DNA from: Auanema rhodensis
Lineage: Eukaryota > Animalia > Nematoda
Direction of reading: 5' to 3'
Length of the DNA stretch: 64,000 nucleotides
Assembly: GCA_964057225.1 (NCBI GenBank)
Contig: OZ059899.1
Coordinates: 2,976,001 to 3,040,000 of the forward strand
Part shown: piece after piece, positions 54,901-64,000 of the stretch
How the letters are laid out: the number at the start of each line of letters is the position of its first letter
Position numbering within the stretch: position 1 is the stretch's first letter
Made by a program: the position numbers and the translations under genes
Notes under the pieces: model-generated
What the model was told of the DNA's origin: nothing
What the model saw: only the letters and a program-made list of their open reading frames with translations
Databases searched by the model: none

Positions 54901-57900
54901 TATCAGATTTGCGCTAGCTTAAAAATGCACCGAGATATCAACTGATATAAGTTCACACTTATATCCTCGATTTTCACCCTGAAGAAATAATTTTTCCGTT
55001 GAATAACATTGTCCATCGTCTTTGCCTTGAAAAATAGAATCTAAAAACATCTACTTTTTGCTAAATTATTTTGAAATTTTTCGAAAAAATTTTTGTCAAA
55101 ATGTTTTTGGAAGCAATGTTGAGTGTACATGGAAACTCAACATACACTAATGCATCATTTTTCAAACGATCATAACTAATTTTTGTATTAAGCGTTTCTC
55201 AATGTAGTATAGTGCATTCGATGCGGATTTTTAAGCTGCGTCGATCTGTGTTATCAGATTTGCGCTAGCTTAAAAATGCACCGAGATATCAACTGATATA
55301 AGTTCACACTTATATCCTCGATTTTCACCCTGAAGAATTAATTTTTTCGTTGAATAACATTGTCCATCGTCTTTGCCTTGAAAAATGGAATCTCAAAACA
55401 TCTACTTTTTGCTAAATTATTTTGAAATTTTTCGAAAAAATTTTTGTCAAAATGTTTTTGGAAGCAATGTTGAGTGTACATGGAAACTCAACATACACTA
55501 ATGCATCATTTTTCAAACGATCATAACTAATTTTTGTATTAAGCGTTTCTCAATGTAGTATAGTGCATTCGATGCGGATTTTTAAGCTGCGTCGATCTGT
55601 GTTATCAGATTTGCGCTAGCTTAAAAATGCACCGAGATATCAACTGATATAAGTTCACACTTATATCCTCGATTTTCACCCTGAAGAAATAATTTTTCCG
55701 TTGAATAACATTGTCCATCGTCTTTGCCTTGAAAAATAGAATCTAAAAACATCTACTTTTTGCTAAATTATTCTGAAATTTTTCGAAAAAATTTTTGTCA
55801 AAATGTTTTTGGAAGCAATGTTGAGTGTACATGGAAACTCAACATACACTAATGCATCATTTTTCAAACGATCATAACTAATTTTTGTATTAAGCGTTTC
55901 TCAATGTAGTATAGTGCATTCGATGCGGATTTTTAAGCTGCGTCGATCTGTGTTATCAGATTTGCGCTAGCTTAAAAATGCACCGAGATATCAACTGATA
56001 TAAGTTCACACTTATATCCTCGATTTTCACCCTGAAGAAATAATTTTTCCGTTGAATAACATTGTCCATCGTCTTTGCCTTGAAAAATAGAATCTAAAAA
56101 CATCTACTTTTTGCTAAATTATTCTGAAATTTTTCGAAAAAATTTTTGTCAAAATGTTTTTGGAAGCAATGTTGAGTGTACATGGAAACTCAACATACAC
56201 TAATGCATCATTTTTCAAACGATCATAACTAATTTTTGTATTAAGCGTTTCTCAATGTAGTATAGTGCATTCGATGCGGATTTTTAAGCTGCGTCGATCT
56301 GTGTTATCAGATTTACGCTAGCTTAAAAATGCACCGAGATATCAATTGATATAAGTTCACACATATATACCCGATTTTCACCCTGAAGAATTAATTTTTT
56401 CGTTGAATAACATTGTCCATCGTTTTTGCCTTGAAAAAAGGAATCTAAAAACATCTACTTTTTGCTAAATTATTTTGAAATGTTTCGAAAAAATTTTTGT
56501 CAAAATGTTTTTGGAAGCAATGTTGAGTGTACATGGAAACTCAACATACACTAATGCATCATTTTTCAAACGATCATAACTAATTTTTGTATCAAGTGTT
56601 TCTCAATGTAGTATAGTGCATTCGATGCGGATTTTTAAGCTGCGTCGATCTGTGTTATCAGATTTGCGCTAGCTTAAAAATGCACCGAGATATCAACTGA
56701 TATATGTTCACACTTATATCCTCGATTTTCACCCTGAAGAAATAATTTTTTCGTTGAATAACATTGTCCATCGTCTTTGCCTTGAAAAAAGGAATCTAAA
56801 AACATCTACTTTTTGCTAAATTATTTTGAAATTTTTCGAAAAAATTTTTGTCAAAATGTTTTTGGAAGCAATGTTGAGTGTACATGGAAACTCAACATAC
56901 ACTAATGCATCAATTTTCAAACGATCATAACTAATTTTTGTATCAAGTGTTTCTCAATGTAGTATAGTGCATTCGATGCGGATTTTTAAGCTGCGTCGAT
57001 CTGTGTTATCAGATTTGCGCTAGCTTAAAAATGCACCGAGATATCAACTGATATAAGTTCACACTTATATCCTCGATTTTCACCCTGAAGAATTAATTTT
57101 TTCGTTGAATAACATTGTCTATCGTCTTTGCCTTGAGAAATGGAATCTAAAAACATCTACTTTTTGCTAAATTATTTTGAAATTTTTCGAAAAAATTTTT
57201 GTCAAAATGTTTTTGGAAGCAATGTTGAGTGTACATGGAAACTCAACATACACTAATGCATCATTTTTCAAACGATCATAACTAATTTTTGTATTAAGCG
57301 TTTCTCAATGTAGTATAGTGCATTCGATGCGGATTTTTAAGCTGCGTCGATCTGTGTTATCAGATTTGCGCTAGCTTAAAAATGCACCGAGATATCAACT
57401 GATATAAGTTCACACTTATATCCTCGATTTTCACCCTGAAGAAATAATTTTTCCGTTGAATAACATTGTCCATCGTCTTTGCCTTGAAAAATAGAATCTA
57501 AAAACATCTACTTTTTGCTAAATTATTTTGAAATTTTTCGAAAAAATTTTTGTCAAAATGTTTTTGGAAGCAATGTTGAGTGTACATGGAAACTCAACAT
57601 ACACTAATGCATCATTTTTCAAACGATCATAACTAATTTTTGTATTAAGCGTTTCTCAATGTAGTATAGTGCATTCGATGCGGATTTTTAAGCTGCGTCG
57701 ATCTGTGTTATCAGATTTGCGCTAGCTTAAAAATGCACCGAGATATCAACTGATATAAGTTCACACTTATATCCTCGATTTTCACCCTGAAGAATTAATT
57801 TTTTCGTTGAATAACATTGTCCATCGTTTTTGCCTTGAAAAAAGGAATCTCAAAACATCTACTTTTTGCTAAATTATTTTGAAATTTTTCGAAAAAATTT

Positions 57901-59000
57901 TTGTCAAAATGTTTTTGGAAGCAATGTTGAGTGTACATGGAAACTCAACATACACTAATGCATCATTTTTCAAACGATCATAACTAATTTTTGTATTAAG
58001 CGTTTCTCAATGTAGTATAGTGCATTCGATGCGGATTTTTAAGCTGCGTCGATCTGTGTTATCAGATTTGCGCTAGCTTAAAAATGCACCGAGATATCAA
58101 CTGATATAAGTTCACACTTATATCCTCGATTTTCACCCTGAAGAAATAATTTTTCCGTTGAATAACATTGTCCATCGTCTTTGCCTTGAAAAATAGAATC
58201 TAAAAACATCTACTTTTTGCTAAATTATTCTGAAATTTTTCGAAAAAATTTTTGTCAAAATGTTTTTGGAAGCAATGTTGAGTGTACATGGAAACTCAAC
58301 ATACACTAATGCATCATTTTTCAAACGATCATAACTAATTTTTGTATTAAGCGTTTCTCAATGTAGTATAGTGCATTCGATGCGGATTTTTAAGCTGCGT
58401 CGATCTGTGTTATCAGATTTGCGCTAGCTTAAAAATGCACCGAGATATCAACTGATATAAGTTCACACTTATATCCTCGATTTTCACCCTGAAGAAATAA
58501 TTTTTCCGTTGAATAACATTGTCCATCGTCTTTGCCTTGAAAAATAGAATCTAAAAACATCTACTTTTTGCTAAATTATTCTGAAATTTTTCGAAAAAAT
58601 TTTTGTCAAAATGTTTTTGGAAGCAATGTTGAGTGTACATGGAAACTCAACATACACTAATGCATCATTTTTCAAACGATCATAACTAATTTTTGTATTA
58701 AGCGTTTCTCAATGTAGTATAGTGCATTCGATGCGGATTGTTAAGCTGCGTCGATCTGTGTTATCAGATTTACGCTAGCTTAAAAATGCACCGAGATATC
58801 AATTGATATAAGTTCACACATATATACCCGATTTTCACCCTGAAGAATTAATTTTTTCGTTGAATAACATTGTCCATCGTTTTTGCCTTGAAAAAAGGAA
58901 TCTAAAAACATCTACTTTTTGCTAAATTATTTTGAAATGTTTCGAAAAAATTTTTGTCAAAATGTTTTTGGAAGCAATGTTGAGTGTACATGGAAACTCA
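52000..59000 (+). repeat. 7-mer higher-order repeat (2457 bp), about 3 copies; boundaries approximate
   Basis: AATCTCAAAA at 52937, 55394 and 57851; CATCAATTTT at 54456 and 56913; GATTTACGCT at 56315 and 58772. All are spaced 2457 = 7x351. Confidence 0.88.
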
Positions 59001-62000
59001 ACATACACTAATGCATCATTTTTCAAACGATCATAACTAATTTTTGTATTAAGCGTTTCTCAATGTAGTATAGTGCATTCGATGCGGATTTTTAAGCTGC
59101 GTCGATCTGTGTTATCAGATTTGCGCTAGCTTAAAAATGCACCGAGATATCAACTGATATAAGTTCACACATATATACCCGATTTTCACCCTGAAGAATT
59201 AATTTTTTCGTTGAATAACATTGTCCATCGTTTTTGCCTTGAAAAAAGGAATCTAAAAACATCTACTTTTTGCTAAATTATTTTGAAATGTTTCGAAAAA
59301 ATTTTTGTCAAAATGTTTTTGGAAGCAATGTTGAGTGTACATGGAAACTCAACATACACTAATGCATCATTTTTCAAACGATCATAACTAATTTTTGTAT
59401 TAAGCGTTTCTCAATGTAGTATAGTGCATTCGATGCGGATTTTTAAGCTGCGTCGATCTGTGTAATCAGATTTGCGCTAGCTTAAAAATGCACCGAGATA
59501 TCAACTGATATAAGTTCACACTTATATCCTCGATTTTCACCCTGAAGAAATAATTTTTTCGTTGAATAACATTGTCCATCGTCTTTGCCTTGAAAAATGG
59601 AATCTAAAAACATCTACTTTTTGCTAAATTATTTTGAAATTTTTCGAAAAAATTTTTGTCAAAATGTTTTTGGAAGCAATGTTGAGTGTACATGGAAACT
59701 CAACATACACTAATGCATCATTTTTCAAACGATCATAACTAATTTTTGTATTAAGCGTTTCTCAATGTAGTATAGTGCATTCGATGCGGATTTTTAAGCT
59801 GCGTCGATCTGTGTTATCAGATTTGCGCTAGCTTAAAAATGCACCGAGATATCAACTGATATAAGTTCACACTTATATCCTCGATTTTCACCCTGAAGAA
59901 ATAATTTTTTCGTTGAATAACATTGTCCATCGTCTTTGCCTTGAAAAAAGGAATCTAAAAACATCTACTTTTTGCTAAATTATTTTGAAATTTTTCGAAA
60001 AAATTTTTGTCAAAATGTTTTTGGAAGCAATGTTGAGTGTACATGGAAACTCAACATACACTAATGCATCATTTTTCAAACGATCATAACTAATTTTTGT
60101 ATTAAGCGTTTCTCAATGTAGTATAGTGCATTCGATGCGGATTTTTAAGCTGCGTCGATCTGTGTTATCAGATTTGCGCTAGCTTAAAAATGCACCGAGA
60201 TATCAACTGATATAAGTTCACACTTATATCCTCGATTTTCACCCTAAAGAAATAATTTTTTCGTTGAATAACATTGTCCATCGTCTTTGCCTTGAAAAAA
60301 GGAATCTAAAAACATCTACTTTTTGCTAAATTATTCTGAAATTTTTCGAAAAAATTTTTGTCAAAATGTTTTTGGAAGCAATGTTGAGTGTACATGGAAA
60401 CTCAACATACACTAATGCATCATTTTTCAAACGATCATAACTAATTTTTGTATTAAGCGTTTCTCAATGTAGTATAGTGCATTCGATGCGGATTTTTAAG
60501 CTGCGTCGATCTGTGTTATCAGATTTACGCTAGCTTAAAAATGCACCGAGATATCAATTGATATAAGTTCACACATATATACCCGATTTTCACCCTGAAG
60601 AATTAATTTTTTCGTTGAATAACATTGTCCATCGTTTTTGCCTTGAAAAAAGGAATCTAAAAACATCTACTTTTTGCTAAATTATTTTGAAATGTTTCGA
60701 AAAAATTTTTGTCAAAATGTTTTTGGAAGCAATGTTGAGTGTACATGGAAACTCAACATACACTAATGCATCATTTTTCAAACGATCATAACTAATTTTT
60801 GTATTAAGCGTTTCTCAATGTAGTATAGTGCATTCGATGCGGATTTTTAAGCTGCGTCGATCTGTGTTATCAGATTTGCGCTAGCTTAAAAATGCACCGA
60901 GATATCAACTGATATAAGTTCACACTTATATCCTCGATTTTCACCCTGAAGAAATAATTTTTTCGTTGAATAACATTGTCCATCGTCTTTGCCTTGAAAA
61001 AAGGAATCTAAAAACATCTACTTTTTGCTAAATTATTCTGAAATTTTTCGAAAAAATTTTTGTCAAAATGTTTTTGGAAGCAATGTTGAGTGTACATGGA
61101 AACTCAACATACACTAATGCATCATTTTTCAAACGATCATAACTAATTTTTGTATTAAGCGTTTCTCAATGTAGTATAGTGCATTCGATGCGGATTTTTA
61201 AGCTGCGTCGATCTGTGTTATCAGATTTGCGCTAGCTTAAAAATGCACCGAGATATCAACTGATATAAGTTCACACTTATATCCTCGATTTTCACCCTGA
61301 AGAATTAATTTTTTCGTTGAATAACATTGTCCATCGTCTTTGCCTCGAAAAATGGAATCTTAAAACATCTACTTTTTGCTAAATTATTTTGAAATTTTTC
61401 GAAAAAATTTTTGTCAAAATGTTTTTGGAAGCAATGTTGAGTGTACATGGAAACTCAACATACACTAATGCATCATTTTTCAAACGATCATAACTAATTT
61501 TTGTATCAAGTGTTTCTCAATGTAGTATAGTGCATTCGATGCGGATTTTTAAGCTGCGTCGATCTGTGTTATCAGATTTGCGCTAGCTTAAAAATGCACC
61601 GAGATATCAACTGATATAAGTTCACACTTATATCCTCGATTTTCACCCTGAAGAATTAATTTTTTCGTTGAATAACATTGTCTATCGTCTTTGCCTTGAG
61701 AAATGGAATCTAAAAACATCTACTTTTTGCTAAATTATTTTGAAATTTTTCGAAAAAATTTTTGTCAAAATGTTTTTGGAAGCAATGTTGAGTGTACATG
61801 GAAACTCAACATACACTAATGCATCATTTTTCAAACGATCATAACTAATTTTTGTATTAAGCGTTTCTCAATGTAGTATAGTGCATTCGATGCGGATTTT
61901 TAAGCTGCGTCGATCTGTGTAATCAGATTTGCGCTAGCTTAAAAATGCACCGAGATATCAACTGATATAAGTTCACACTTATATCCTCGATTTTCACCCT

Positions 62001-64000
62001 GAAGAAATAATTTTTTCGTTGAATAACATTGTCCATCGTCTTTGCCTTGAAAAATGGAATCTAAAAACATCTACTTTTTGCTAAATTATTCTGAAATTTT
62101 TCGAAAAAATTTTTGTCAAAATGTTTTTGGAAGCAATGTTGAGTGTACATGGAAACTCAACATACACTAATGCATCATTTTTCAAACGATCATAACTAAT
62201 TTTTGTATTAAGCGTTTCTCAATGTAGTATAGTGCATTCGATGCGGATTTTTAAGCTGCGTCGATCTGTGTAATCAGATTTGCGCTAGCTTAAAAATGCA
62301 CCGAGATATCAACTGATATAAGTTCACACTTATATCCTCGATTTTCACCCTGAAGAAATAATTTTTTCGTTGAATAACATTGTCCATCGTCTTTGCCTTG
62401 AAAAATGGAATCTAAAAACATCTACTTTTTGCTAAATTATTTTGAAATTTTTCGAAAAAATTTTTGTCAAAATGTTTTTGGAAGCAATGTTGAGTGTACA
62501 TGGAAACTCAACATACACTAATGCATCATTTTTCAAACGATCATAACTAATTTTTGTATTAAGCGTTCCTCAATGTAGTATAGTGCATTCGATGCGGATT
62601 TTTAAGCTGCGTCGATCTGTGTTATCAGATTTGCGCTAGCTTAAAAATGCACCGAGATATCAACTGATATAAGTTCACACTTATATCCTCGATTTTCACC
62701 CTGAAGAAATAATTTTTCCGTTGAATAACATTGTCCATCGTCTTTGCCTTGAAAAATAGAATCTAAAAACATCTACTTTTTGCTAAATTATTTTGAAATT
62801 TTTCGAAAAAATTTTTGTCAAAATGTTTTTGGAAGCAATGTTGAGTGTACATGGAAACTCAACATACACTAATGCATCATTTTTCAAACGATCATAACTA
62901 ATTTTTGTATTAAGCGTTTCTCAATGTAGTATAAAGCATTCGATGCGGATTTTTAAGCTGCGTCGATCTGTGTTATCAGATTTGCGCTAGCTTAAAAATG
63001 CACCGAGATATCAACTGATATAAGTTCACACTTATATCCTCGATTTTCACCCTGAAGAATTAATTTTTTCGTTGAATAACATTGTCCATCGTCTTTGCCT
63101 TGAAAAATGGAATCTTAAAACATCTACTTTTTGCTAAATTATTTTGAAATTTTTCGAAAAAATTTTTGTCAAAATGTTTTTGGAAGCAATGTTGAGTGTA
63201 CATGGAAACTCAACATACACTAATGCATCATTTTTCAAACGATCATAACTAATTTTTGTATTAAGCGTTCCTCAATGTAGTATAGTGCATTCGATGCGGA
63301 TTTTTAAGCTGCGTCGATCTGTGTTATCAGATTTGCGCTAGCTTAAAAATGCACCGAGATATCAACTGATATAAGTTCACACTTATATCCTCGATTTTCA
63401 CCCTGAAGAAATAATTTTTCCGTTGAATAACATTGTCCATCGTCTTTGCCTTGAAAAATAGAATCTAAAAACATCTACTTTTTGCTAAATTATTTTGAAA
63501 TTTTTCGAAAACATTTTTGTCAAAATGTTTTTGGAAGCAATGTTGAGTGTACATGGAAACTCAACTTACACTAATGCATCATTTTTCAAACGATCATAAC
63601 TAATTTTTGTATTAAGCGTTTCTCAATGTAGTATAAAGCATTCGATGCGGATTTTTAAGCTGCGTCGATCTGTGTTATCAGATTTGCGCTAGCTTAAAAA
63701 TGCACCGAGATATCAACTGATATAAGTTCACACTTATATCCTCGATTTTCACCCTGAAGAATTAATTTTTTCGTTGAATAACATTGTCCATCGTCTTTGC
63801 CTTGAAAAATGGAATCTTAAAACATCTACTTTTTGCTAAATTATTTGAAATTTTTCGAAAAAATTTTTGTCAAAATGTTTTTGGAAGCAATGTTGAGTGT
63901 ACATGGAAACTCAACATACACTAATGCATCATTTTTCAAACGATCATAACTAATTTTTGTATCAAGTGTTTCTCAATGTAGTATAGTGCATTCGATGCGG

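Larger units (their letters stand above)
1..64000. repeat. Tandem satellite DNA array, 351-bp AT-rich monomer, about 180 copies, running off both window ends
   Basis: TCGTTGAATAACATTGTCC recurs at 1, 352, 703, 1054 and onward (period 351). Monomer 1-351 has 111 G+C of 351 (about 32%) and many A/T tracts of 4-7 nt. Apart from small junction fillers, no non-satellite sequence was found. Confidence 0.99.
18922..64000 (+). repeat. Satellite block 3, forward orientation (about 45 kb)
   Basis: Forward monomer sequence resumes at 18922 and continues to the window end. It has a regular 351-bp period after about 21670, apart from 1-bp deletions near 51210 and 63845. Confidence 0.97.

Noticed and set aside
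1-64000. CRISPR array or other repeat-spacer system
   Set aside because: The hairpin-like motifs recur, but the sequence between them is also repeated. There are no unique spacers and no cas genes.

Overview
The whole 64-kb window is a eukaryotic-type tandem satellite DNA array. It holds about 180 copies of one AT-rich 351-bp monomer (about 32% GC, counted on monomer 1-351) with only scattered substitutions between copies. I found no credible genes, RNA genes, transposons or CRISPR, and all listed ORFs are by-products of the repeat. I do not recognise the satellite family or the host species. The interest is architectural. (1) The array switches strand twice, at about 2358 and at 18905-18922, so 2359-18905 is inverted. 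(2) The second switch is a fold-back, with about 2-kb arms mirrored variant-for-variant, and carries a 16-bp filler that matches adjacent sequence. (3) Around that switch a longer monomer arises by stepwise internal duplication (351 to 455 to 571 bp, plus a 517-bp derivative) and has been amplified. (4) A 242-bp deleted monomer marks 11-mer and 6-mer higher-order duplications, and 2-, 3-, 4-, 5-, 7- and about 36-37-mer higher-order repeats are nested elsewhere. (5) Each monomer carries several short dyad symmetries, and most breakpoints fall in them. A centromeric or pericentromeric location is a plausible inference and is not shown by the sequence. All coordinates were read by eye.
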